This document shows, piece after piece, positions 1 through 8,379 of a stretch of DNA of 64,000 nt; position 1 is the first letter of the stretch; every line of letters begins with the position of its first letter. Position numbers and translations under genes: made by a program. The stretch is taken from NCBI GenBank assembly GCA_050174015.1, contig JBFXKG010000007.1, positions 1-64,000 on the forward strand, in the 5' to 3' direction. This DNA comes from Candidatus Krumholzibacteriia bacterium. GTDB taxonomy: Bacteria > Krumholzibacteriota > Krumholzibacteriia > LZORAL124-64-63. Below the pieces are notes generated by a model. The model was not told where the DNA came from, did not search any database, and was given only the letters and a program-made list of their open reading frames with translations.

Positions 1-116
1 ACGACATCGTCAAGAAGTTGAAGCTGGTCGGGGATAACGGCCCTGGCCTGTACATGATCGACCGGGAGCTCAAGACCCGCCCGGCCCCGGTCCCGGCGGC
101 GGACGCCGGCGCCTAG
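1..116 (+). CDS. 3' end of a gene entering the window (…DIVKKLKLVGDNGPGLYMIDRELKTRPAPVPAADAGA*), product unknown
   Basis: Open frame from base 3 to TAG 114-116 with GC3-rich codons, followed by an intrinsic terminator. Confidence 0.7.
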   Translation, partial: DIVKKLKLVGDNGPGLYMIDRELKTRPAPVPAADAGA

Positions 117-137
117 AGCCCGACTGGAGTGGACCCG

Positions 138-167
138 AAGGGCCCCCATCCGGTGGGGGCCTTTTTT
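138..167 (+). terminator. Rho-independent terminator
   Basis: GGCCCCCAT-CCG-GTGGGGGCC hairpin followed by TTTTTT. Confidence 0.85.
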
Positions 168-311
168 CGTAGGACGACCGGGTGCCCACTTTGGGTTCAG
201 CACGCTTTGGGAACACACGCTTTGGGAACCCTGGATCGATCCGGTCGTATCATCTAGAATACCCGGGTAACGGATGATCCATCACTCTCTGAATCGGGAT
301 TTCCTGGACCC

Positions 312-1325
312 ATGGCCCTTCGCCACCTCCTGCCGGCCGTCTTCCTGGCGGCAACCCTCGCCGGTTGCCGGGATGCCGCCGTCCCGCCGGAGGCCCCCTC
401 CGCTCCGGCGGCGCGCGAGGTCCTCCAGGAAGCCGGGGAGATCGTCGCGGCCAGCACCATCCCCGTCAATTCGCCTCCCTCCTGGGGCGGGGGGCAGCGG
501 ATCCTGCGGATGATCCCCGAGGGGACCATCGTCGCTCCCGGCGACACCCTCCTCGTTTTCGACGATTCCCGCATGAGGACCTCCATCGACCGGACGGCGG
601 GGGACCTGGCGGCCCAGGTCCTGAAGACCGGCAGCCTCGAGGCCACGCACGAGAGCAACCTCCAGTCGTCCGCCGGGGCGGTCGCCAAGGCGCGCCTTGC
701 GCACGAGATGGCCAGGCTGGACCTGCACAACCAGCGGTTCGAGGCTCCCGTCGTCCAGGAACGGGCGCGGCTGTCCATGGCCCAGGCGGTGATCGACCTG
801 GCCCAGGCCCGGCGCGACAGCACCGCACAGGCCCACCTGGACAGCCTGAACCTGGCCGGATCCCGATTGCAGGAAGACCGGCTGAAAGCCCGGATGCAGC
901 GCTACCGGAGCTTTGCCGACGCCCTGGTGGTCGTCTCGGACTGGCCGGGCATGGTGGTCTACCACCGCGAGCGCACCGAGGAGGGCGTGAAGGTCCTCAG
1001 GGTGGGGGACGAGGTCTCGGGCCAGGTGCACGTCCTGGACGTCACCGACACCTCGGTCCTGAAGGTGCGTTTCACGGTCCACGAACTCGACCGCTGGCGG
1101 CTCGCTCCCGGGCAAGAGGCCCAGGTTGTCCTGGACGCCTATCCCGACCTCCCATTCGCCGCCACCCTGGAGGAGGTCCAGAGGATGCCCCTGGCGGCCG
1201 AGGAGGGCAGCCTGACGCGCCGGTTCGCCGCGCTGGCGGTCCTTCACGAACCGACCCCCGAAGTCAGGCCCGGGATGTCGGCCCGGGTCGCCATCCGGAT
1301 AGGAGAATCGCGTGAGCATCAATAG
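312..1325 (+). CDS. HlyD/MacA-type periplasmic adaptor (membrane fusion protein), lipoprotein
   Basis: LAGC lipobox, lipoyl-like 'PEGTIVAPGDTLLVFD', coiled-coil hairpin, C-terminal 'RPGMSARV'. Confidence 0.85.
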   Translation: MALRHLLPAVFLAATLAGCRDAAVPPEAPSAPAAREVLQEAGEIVAASTIPVNSPPSWGGGQRILRMIPEGTIVAPGDTLLVFDDSRMRTSIDRTAGDLAAQVLKTGSLEATHESNLQSSAGAVAKARLAHEMARLDLHNQRFEAPVVQERARLSMAQAVIDLAQARRDSTAQAHLDSLNLAGSRLQEDRLKARMQRYRSFADALVVVSDWPGMVVYHRERTEEGVKVLRVGDEVSGQVHVLDVTDTSVLKVRFTVHELDRWRLAPGQEAQVVLDAYPDLPFAATLEEVQRMPLAAEEGSLTRRFAALAVLHEPTPEVRPGMSARVAIRIGESREHQ

Positions 1326-2526
1326 GCCGGTCGCAGGGGTGGTCGCGGTGGCGGTGGTCCTGGTCCTGCTGGGGGTCTGGGGCTTCGGCGGGCAGGAGTC
1401 CGCGGCGCCCCTCGGTTGCATCGCGGTCCGGGACAGCTTCCTGGTGGCCACGGTCACCCGCGGCGAGGTCGACGCCGTCAACAGCGTGCCCGTCCCCGCC
1501 CCCCAGGGCTGGAACAACAAGGTCACCGAGCTGATCCCCGAGGGGACGAGCGTCTCGCCCGGGGACGTGCTGGCCCGCTTCGACACGGATCAGCAGAGCC
1601 AGCGGGTGGAGGAGGAGCGTTCGGCCTTCGAGCAGGCCCAGGCCGAGCTGGAGAACCAGAGGGCGAGCAACGCCAAGACCCTCGCCCAGAAGGAGGCCGC
1701 CCTGCAGCGCATGGAACTGGCCCTCGAGCGCGCCGCCCTGCAGGGCGAGGCCATGAAGTTCGAGTCCGAATCCCGTCGCCGGCAGCAGGAGCTGGAGCGC
1801 CGGCGCGCCGAACTCGATCTGGAGGAGGCCCGCAAGGACCTGGCCGCCCAGCGCGAGATCGGCAAGGCCTCGGAGGCCGAGAAGGAGGCCCGGTTGCGCA
1901 AGGCGAAGATCGACCTCGAACGGGCCGAGGAGGCTCTGGCCTCGCTGACGGTGACCGCGCCGGACAGCGGGCTGGTCGTCCACCAGAAGATCTGGGCGAG
2001 CGGCGAGCGTCGCAAGATCCGCGTCGGGGACCAGGTCTGGAACGGCCAATCCATCATGGAGCTGCCGGACCTGTCCGCCTTCAGGGTCGACACCTGGGTC
2101 AACGAGGTCGACGTCCACCAGCTGGAGAAGGGTCAGGACGTGGAGGTCGCCATCGAGGCGCTGGAGAACCGCCGGCTGTCCGGCAAGGTGACCCGCATCG
2201 CTCCCCTGGCCCGACAGGAGGGGGAGAAGAAGCTGAAGGTGTTCGACGTCGAGGTGACCCTGGACGGGAACGTCGAAGGGCTGCTGCCCGGCATGACCGC
2301 CCAGTGCCGCATCATCCACCGTCGCCTGGAGGACGCGGTGCAGGTGCCGCACGAGGCGGTCTTCCAGATCGACGGCCGGTCCGTCGTCTACACCCTGGGC
2401 GGACAGGAGCTGGCGGTGACCCTCGGGCCGGCCGGCGCCGACCGGGTCGTGGTCGAGTCGGGGGTGGAGGAGGGCCAGCAGTTGCGGCTGTCCAGCCCCT
2501 CCGGAACCGCGGGAAGCAAGCCGTGA
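1312..2526 (+). CDS. Second HlyD/MacA-type periplasmic adaptor
   Basis: GTG start overlapping the previous gene, N-terminal TM, 'IPEGTSVSPGDVLARFD', long coiled coil, 'LLPGMTA'. Confidence 0.88.
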   Translation: MSINRPVAGVVAVAVVLVLLGVWGFGGQESAAPLGCIAVRDSFLVATVTRGEVDAVNSVPVPAPQGWNNKVTELIPEGTSVSPGDVLARFDTDQQSQRVEEERSAFEQAQAELENQRASNAKTLAQKEAALQRMELALERAALQGEAMKFESESRRRQQELERRRAELDLEEARKDLAAQREIGKASEAEKEARLRKAKIDLERAEEALASLTVTAPDSGLVVHQKIWASGERRKIRVGDQVWNGQSIMELPDLSAFRVDTWVNEVDVHQLEKGQDVEVAIEALENRRLSGKVTRIAPLARQEGEKKLKVFDVEVTLDGNVEGLLPGMTAQCRIIHRRLEDAVQVPHEAVFQIDGRSVVYTLGGQELAVTLGPAGADRVVVESGVEEGQQLRLSSPSGTAGSKP

Positions 2527-3743
2527 TGCTGGAACTCCAGTTGGGCCTCGCGGGCCTGCGGGACCACCGCCTGCGCACCTTCCTGACCATGCTGGGGGTC
2601 ATCTTCGGCGTGGCCGCGGTGATCGCCATGCTCTCGATCAGCGAAGGGGCCAAGCGCGAGGCCCTGGCCCAGTTCGAGACCCTGGGCATCGACAGCATCG
2701 TGGTGCTTCATCAGGATCCCCCGGAACGGGGAGGGGACGAGGCCGCGCCCCGTTCGGTCGGCCTGTCCCGGGCGGACGCCGCCGCCCTGCTGGACCTGAC
2801 TCCGGCCATCACGAGGGTGGTGCCCATGGCGGTGCAGGAGGTGGAGGTCCAGGGGATCAAGCGCACCAGGACCTCGGTGGTGGGGACGACGCCCGACTTG
2901 CCGGAGGTGCGCCGGGACGCCATGGTCTCGGGCCGGTTCTTCACGGCCGGCGAGTTGGACGGGGCGGTCCGTGTCTGCGTGCTGGGCGCCGGGATCGTGC
3001 GCGACCTGTGCGGGCTCGAGCCTCCCGTCGGCGGCTTCGTGAAGATCCGGGAGGACTGGTACGAGGTCATCGGGGTCATGGCCGGGGGAGGACCGGTGGA
3101 CAACGACGAGGAAGGCCTGCTGCGCGCCACCGACCGCGACATCTGCATCCCCCTGAGCTGCGCCCTCCTGCGCGGCGACCGCAAGCGCTGGGAGCGGGAA
3201 CTCGACCGCCTGATCATCCAGGTGGACGACGTGCACCGGCTCGACGCGGTGGCGGGGCTGATCACCAGGGTGCTCGAACGCCGCCATCACGGCGAGCCCG
3301 ACACGCGGGTGGTGGTGCCCCTGGAACTCATCCGGCAGCGGCAGGCCACCCAGCGCATCTTCGCCCTGGTCATGGGCGCGATCGCGGGGATCTCCCTGCT
3401 GGTCGGCGGCATCGGGATCATGAACATCATGCTGGCCAGCATCCTCGAGCGGACCAGGGAGATCGGCATCCGGCGCGCCATGGGCGCCACCCGGCGCAAC
3501 ATCCTGCTCCAGTTCCTGTTCGAGGCGGCGACCGTCAGCTTCGCCGGAGGCCTGCTGGGGGTGGTCCTGGGCGTGTCCCTGGCCTGGGGCATCGCCGCCG
3601 CCGCGGGCTGGACCACCGTCGTCTCGCCCCTGTCCATCGTCCTGGCATTCGGGGTGTCCGCCCTGGTGGGCGTGTCCTTCGGATTCTTCCCCGCCCGCCG
3701 GGCCGCGGCCCTCAACCCCATCGAATCCCTCAGGTACGAATGA
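2526..3743 (+). CDS. MacB/FtsX-family ABC transporter permease (no fused ATPase)
   Basis: ATG overlapping the upstream TGA; 'RTFLTMLGVIFGVAAVIAM', 'GGIGIMNIMLASILERTREIGIRRAMGA', 'PARRAAALNPIESLRYE'. Confidence 0.93.
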   Translation: MLELQLGLAGLRDHRLRTFLTMLGVIFGVAAVIAMLSISEGAKREALAQFETLGIDSIVVLHQDPPERGGDEAAPRSVGLSRADAAALLDLTPAITRVVPMAVQEVEVQGIKRTRTSVVGTTPDLPEVRRDAMVSGRFFTAGELDGAVRVCVLGAGIVRDLCGLEPPVGGFVKIREDWYEVIGVMAGGGPVDNDEEGLLRATDRDICIPLSCALLRGDRKRWERELDRLIIQVDDVHRLDAVAGLITRVLERRHHGEPDTRVVVPLELIRQRQATQRIFALVMGAIAGISLLVGGIGIMNIMLASILERTREIGIRRAMGATRRNILLQFLFEAATVSFAGGLLGVVLGVSLAWGIAAAAGWTTVVSPLSIVLAFGVSALVGVSFGFFPARRAAALNPIESLRYE

Positions 3744-5275
3744 TGCTGAAACTGATTCTCCCGTTGATGCTGGCCGGAGGCGTGGCCGCGCAGCCGGCGC
3801 CCACCCCGACCGTCGCCGCCGGCGACACGCTGCTGCTGGGCCTGGAGGAAGCCATCGCCATCGCCCTGGAGGGCAGCCACTTCGCGCGGACCCTGGAGCT
3901 CAACCTGGCCGGATCCCAGTACGAGGTCGAGGCGGCCCGCGGCCGGTTCGGCACCCAGGCCCGGCTGGCGGTGACGGCTCCGGATCTGCAGGAGCGCGTC
4001 CAGGGGGAGACGGTTCCGGGCGAGCTGCCCCGGTACGATTCCTACGGCAGCCAGGAGATCAGCGCCGACCTGACCTTGAGCCAGCCCTTGCCCACGGACG
4101 GGGCCCTGAGCCTGACCGGCAGGATCTTCCACCGCGAGGACACGGTCTACGACAACGCCACCGGGGCCGACCTGGAGCAGAGGACCATGTTCAACAGCAT
4201 CGAGCTCTCCCTGGACCAGCCCCTGCTCGAACCCAACGGCCTGAAGCTGGGCCTCGAGCGCGCCGAGATCTCCCACCGGCTTTCCCGGCGGGCCTTCCTG
4301 CGCGGTCAGCTCGATCTGCAGTACGAGGTGACGTCCGACTTCTTCGCCCTCCTGCGCGCCCAGCAGGAGGTGGTCATCGCCCGCGATGCGCTGGAGCAGC
4401 AGTCGGCCAACTACGACATCGCCAGGCGCAAGTTCGAGGCCGGCCTGATCCCCGAGGTGGAGAGCCTGCAGATGGAGGTCGACCTGGCCGAGGCCCGAAA
4501 CGAATTGCTGAGCCGTGAGTCGGATCTGGCCCTGGCGGCCGACATGTTCCGCCTGACCATCGGTCTGGCGATGGAGCGACCGGTGCGGGTGCTGGACGAC
4601 CTGGCGGCGCGGCCGGTGGAGGTCGACCGCGAACAGGCGCTCCGGCACGCCCTGGACCACCGCACCGAACTGGACGACCAGCGGGACGGCATCCGGCGCG
4701 CGGAGATCACCCTCGAGGAGACGGACGCCCGCTCCCAGCTGCGGGGCGAACTGAGCGCCTTCTACAACCTGACCGGGGTGAGCGACCCCGGCCTGGACGA
4801 CCCGGGTCTCCGCGACCTGATCGACTCGAGCTGGTCTGATCTGCGGCGGCGGCCGGGCAACCGGGGCGTCCGGCTGGGTTTCTCGGTGCCCATCTGGGAT
4901 TCCGGCGTGAACGAGGCCGAAGTCGCCTCGGCCGAGGTGGCCCTGCGGCGGCAGGAACTGGACGGGGAGAACCTGCGACGCTCCATCCGCCGACAGGTCC
5001 AGGCCGCCCTGGCGCGTCTGGAGGCGGCCCAGCGGCGCCTGGACGTGCTGGAGCGGAGCATGGACGTCGCCGGCCGGGGCTACGCCATCAGCCAGGAACG
5101 GTTCGAGATGGGGGAGATCACCAGCCAGACCCTGGCCGACAACCGCGACCGGCTGGTGCAGGCGCGCCGTTCGTTCCTGACAGCCCTGGTGAACCACCGC
5201 CTGGCCGTGGCGGACCTGCGCCGGCAGACCCTTTACGATTTCGAGGCGCAGAGGAGCCTGGTGGAGGACCGTTGA
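3740..5275 (+). CDS. TolC-family outer membrane efflux protein
   Basis: Signal peptide; two OEP repeats ('LGLEEAIAIAL', 'RKFEAGLI', 'FSVPIWDSG', 'ERFEMGEI'); overlapping ATGA junction. Confidence 0.88.
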   Translation: MMLKLILPLMLAGGVAAQPAPTPTVAAGDTLLLGLEEAIAIALEGSHFARTLELNLAGSQYEVEAARGRFGTQARLAVTAPDLQERVQGETVPGELPRYDSYGSQEISADLTLSQPLPTDGALSLTGRIFHREDTVYDNATGADLEQRTMFNSIELSLDQPLLEPNGLKLGLERAEISHRLSRRAFLRGQLDLQYEVTSDFFALLRAQQEVVIARDALEQQSANYDIARRKFEAGLIPEVESLQMEVDLAEARNELLSRESDLALAADMFRLTIGLAMERPVRVLDDLAARPVEVDREQALRHALDHRTELDDQRDGIRRAEITLEETDARSQLRGELSAFYNLTGVSDPGLDDPGLRDLIDSSWSDLRRRPGNRGVRLGFSVPIWDSGVNEAEVASAEVALRRQELDGENLRRSIRRQVQAALARLEAAQRRLDVLERSMDVAGRGYAISQERFEMGEITSQTLADNRDRLVQARRSFLTALVNHRLAVADLRRQTLYDFEAQRSLVEDR

Positions 5276-5884
5276 TCAGGACGTCAGGTCCTGTTCCATC
5301 TCCAGGATGGTGGCTTCATCGCCCGGGCTGCCTCTTTCCCGCAGACCCGCGATGATCATCTCCCGTACGCGTTTCGGCTCATTCTGGCCGAACTTCCGTT
5401 TCGCCGTCCAGGATTCGGGAACGACACGGAACACGCCCACCCGTTCGATGGCTTTCCGGTAGACCGGGTCGGCGGGATCGAGGGGCTTGAACCGGCCCTC
5501 GGGCTGGTACTTGTCCATGAGGGCCTGAAGGCCGCGGGCCTTCCCGGCCGGATCGGTCACGGGTTCGCAGCGGCCCTTGATCTCCACGCTCTTGAAGAAG
5601 TGGGTGGCCGGGCAGGCGTGATCGGGCGCCGTGAAGTGGGAGGGGATGTAGCTGTAGGGCTTGACCATGGTGAATCCGGCGCGCACCCCCGTCCCGATGA
5701 TCTCGGATTTTTCGCCGGCCAGGGCCCCGTGGAAGTGGATGGCTTCCCCCAAGGCGGCGAAGTTGAGGGCGACCGATCGCGGCCAGCCCCCGGGGGTCAC
5801 CAGGGACAGGTAGCCCACGTCGGCGTCGCGGGCGACCTCCTGGAAGAGTGCGAAGTCCTGGGATTCGAGTTCGGCCCTTCTCAT
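5276..5884 (-). CDS. Pyridoxamine 5'-phosphate oxidase-like FMN-binding protein (NimA/PaiB-like)
   Basis: 'VGYLSL…WPRSVALNF…IHFHG…GEK', 'ACPATHFFKSV', 'LMDKYQPEG', 'KRKFGQN'; GGAG RBS before ATG 5884. Confidence 0.82.
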   Translation of the reverse strand: MRRAELESQDFALFQEVARDADVGYLSLVTPGGWPRSVALNFAALGEAIHFHGALAGEKSEIIGTGVRAGFTMVKPYSYIPSHFTAPDHACPATHFFKSVEIKGRCEPVTDPAGKARGLQALMDKYQPEGRFKPLDPADPVYRKAIERVGVFRVVPESWTAKRKFGQNEPKRVREMIIAGLRERGSPGDEATILEMEQDLTS

Positions 5885-5997
5885 GGTTTTCTCCTGCCGG
5901 GTCCCCGGGGTCCATTCCCCCCTGAAAAACGAGGCCGCCCCGGGGCGGGGCAGCCTCGCAAAACTACCGGATGAGGCGGGGATCCGCCAGTTCGGGC

Positions 5998-6768
5998 CTA
6001 TTCGGTCTGGGGCTTGATCTTCAGGCCCTTGGCGCTGAACACGATCTCGGGCTCCATGTCCGATTCGCCCTGCATGGACATCATGTTGCTGCTGTCCACG
6101 GTCCAGATGGAGGTGCGGCCTTCGACCGTGGGGGCGTTGCTCTTGACGATGTCCCCGGGCACGGTGATCTCCATGTGGACGCTGAGCTCGCTCATGGAGG
6201 CCATGAGCTTGCCCATGAGCTCCATCTGCTTGCCCATCATCTCGGGATCCATCTCGGGCATGGTGGTCTCGGATTCGACGGCCTCCTCGGCCTCCTCCGC
6301 CGGCTGGTCGGGGTACTCGTAGGTCGCGCTCCTGAGGATGAAGTTGCCGTCGCCGTTGTCGAAGATGCCGAACCCGCCGTTGTCCGAGCTCTCGCCCATG
6401 ACCTTGTTCATCATGAAGGACAGACCCTTCAGGTCCTCGAAGCTCATCTCGATGTCGAGGGTTTCGCGGCCGTCGACCGGATCGCGCGAGAACCTGGTGA
6501 TCTTGACGCCGTGCTCCTTGCCCGCCTTTTCCAGTTCCGCCTTGTCCACCTTGCTGAAGTCGGGCATCTCCATGTCGCCGCCCATGTCCATGTCCATGCC
6601 CTGCATCTCCTTCAGGGCATCGCTGACGCCCTGGCTGAAGGAGAGCCGGAAGGAAGCGGTGCCCGAGCCGTCCTTCTCGATGGTCGTCGCGCTGTGCATC
6701 TGGATGCAACCGGAAAGAGTCAGCGCGGCCGCAGCCACCAGGAGCGCGGCCAGAAAACGTGATTTCAT
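5998..6768 (-). CDS. LppM-like acidic, Met-rich lipoprotein
   Basis: MKSRFLAALLVAAAALTLSG-C lipobox; 'TIEKDGSGT' and 'ITVPGDIVKSNA' motifs; GGAGGA RBS. Confidence 0.72.
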   Translation of the reverse strand: MKSRFLAALLVAAAALTLSGCIQMHSATTIEKDGSGTASFRLSFSQGVSDALKEMQGMDMDMGGDMEMPDFSKVDKAELEKAGKEHGVKITRFSRDPVDGRETLDIEMSFEDLKGLSFMMNKVMGESSDNGGFGIFDNGDGNFILRSATYEYPDQPAEEAEEAVESETTMPEMDPEMMGKQMELMGKLMASMSELSVHMEITVPGDIVKSNAPTVEGRTSIWTVDSSNMMSMQGESDMEPEIVFSAKGLKIKPQTE

Positions 6769-6934
6769 GATGGTCCTCCGTGGTCGGGGAAAAATGGGAG
6801 GCACCCCGGACCTCCCGCTTGATGCAAACCGGCATTCATGCTACTCAATGGATTGCCCCGGGGCAACCCAATCCTGCGGAGGGGACGAATCCCTCCCGTT
6901 TCGTGCCGTCTGCGACTTTTTTCCGGGAGGGACC

Positions 6935-8296
6935 ATGCCTGTTCGCCGAGCCATCCCCGCCTGCTTCAAGGCCTACGACATCCGGGGGCGCGTGCCCGAC
7001 GAACTCGACGACGATCTGGCCTACCGGATCGGATTGGCCACGGCGAACCGGCTGCAGGCAGGGACGGTCGTGGTGGGCCGGGACTGCCGCCTCAGCAGCG
7101 CGGGCCTGGCCGCAGCGGTGGTCCGCGGCCTGACCGACGCGGGGGCCGACGTGGTGGACATCGGCCTGTGCGGCACCGAGATGGTCTACTACACCACCTA
7201 CGCCCACGGGCTCGCCGGCGGCATCATGGTCACGGCAAGCCACAACCCCATGGATCACAACGGGATGAAGCTGGTCCGGGAGGGATCGCGCCCCATCAGC
7301 GGGGACAGCGGGCTCCACGAGATCGGGGCGGCGTCCCTGGTCGCCGAGGCGCCGGCCGGGTCGCGCAGGGGTAGGGTCAGGCGGCTGGACGTCCTGGACG
7401 AATACGTCGACGCCCTGCTGGACCTGGCCGACACCGCGACCATCGGGCCGCTGAAGGTCGTGGCCGACGGGGGCAACGGATGCGCCGGACCGGTCGTGGC
7501 GGCTTTCGCCGAACGCCTGCCCTGCACCTTCGTGCCGGTCCACGAGACCCCCGATGGGACCTTCCCCCACGGCATCCCCAACCCCTTGCTGCCCGAGAAC
7601 CGGGCCGGCACCGCGCAGGCGGTTCGGGAGCATGGGGCCGACCTGGGCCTGGCCTGGGACGGCGACTTCGACCGCTGCTTCTTCTTCGACGAGAACGGCG
7701 AATTCATCGAGGGCTACTACCTGGTGGGCATGCTGGCCGAAGCCGCCCTGCGCCGTCATCCCGGGTCGCGGATCATCCACGATCCCCGCCTGACCTGGAA
7801 CACGGTGGACCTGGTGACCCGGTCCGGCGGGGTGCCGGTGATGAGCAAGACCGGGCACGCCTTCATCAAGGAGCGCATGCGCAAGGAGGACGCCGTCTAC
7901 GGCGGCGAGATGTCGGCCCACCACTACTTCCGCGACTTCGCCTACTGCGACAGCGGCATGTTGCCTTGGCTGTGGGTGCTGGGAGAGATCTCCCGCAGCG
8001 GCCGCTCCCTGTCCGAGCTGGTCCGCGAGCGCCAGGCCGCCTACCCTGCCAGCGGGGAGATCAACCGCCGGCTGGTGGATCCTGACGCCGCCCTGGCCGC
8101 CATCCGCCAGCGGTACCTGCCGGACGCCCTGGGGATCGACGAGACCGACGGACTTTCCTGCGACATGGGCGATTGGCGGTTCAATCTGCGGAAATCCAAC
8201 ACCGAGCCGGTGATCCGGCTCAACGTCGAATCCCGGGGAGACGCGGGACTCATGCGGGAGATGACCGCCGGGATCCTGGCCCTCCTGGACGCCTGA
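6935..8296 (+). CDS. manB: Phosphomannomutase/phosphoglucomutase
   Basis: 'FKAYDIRG', catalytic 'TASHNP', metal loop 'DGDFDR', sugar loop 'GEMSAH', 'RKSNTEP'; GGAGG RBS before ATG 6935. Confidence 0.95.
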   Translation: MPVRRAIPACFKAYDIRGRVPDELDDDLAYRIGLATANRLQAGTVVVGRDCRLSSAGLAAAVVRGLTDAGADVVDIGLCGTEMVYYTTYAHGLAGGIMVTASHNPMDHNGMKLVREGSRPISGDSGLHEIGAASLVAEAPAGSRRGRVRRLDVLDEYVDALLDLADTATIGPLKVVADGGNGCAGPVVAAFAERLPCTFVPVHETPDGTFPHGIPNPLLPENRAGTAQAVREHGADLGLAWDGDFDRCFFFDENGEFIEGYYLVGMLAEAALRRHPGSRIIHDPRLTWNTVDLVTRSGGVPVMSKTGHAFIKERMRKEDAVYGGEMSAHHYFRDFAYCDSGMLPWLWVLGEISRSGRSLSELVRERQAAYPASGEINRRLVDPDAALAAIRQRYLPDALGIDETDGLSCDMGDWRFNLRKSNTEPVIRLNVESRGDAGLMREMTAGILALLDA

Positions 8297-8379
8297 AAAG
8301 CCGCCGGTTGGCCCGCGGGCCGATACGGCTTACCTTGGGAGTACCCTTGCCAATGGTTCCTCCTGAAGACAGGGAGCCC

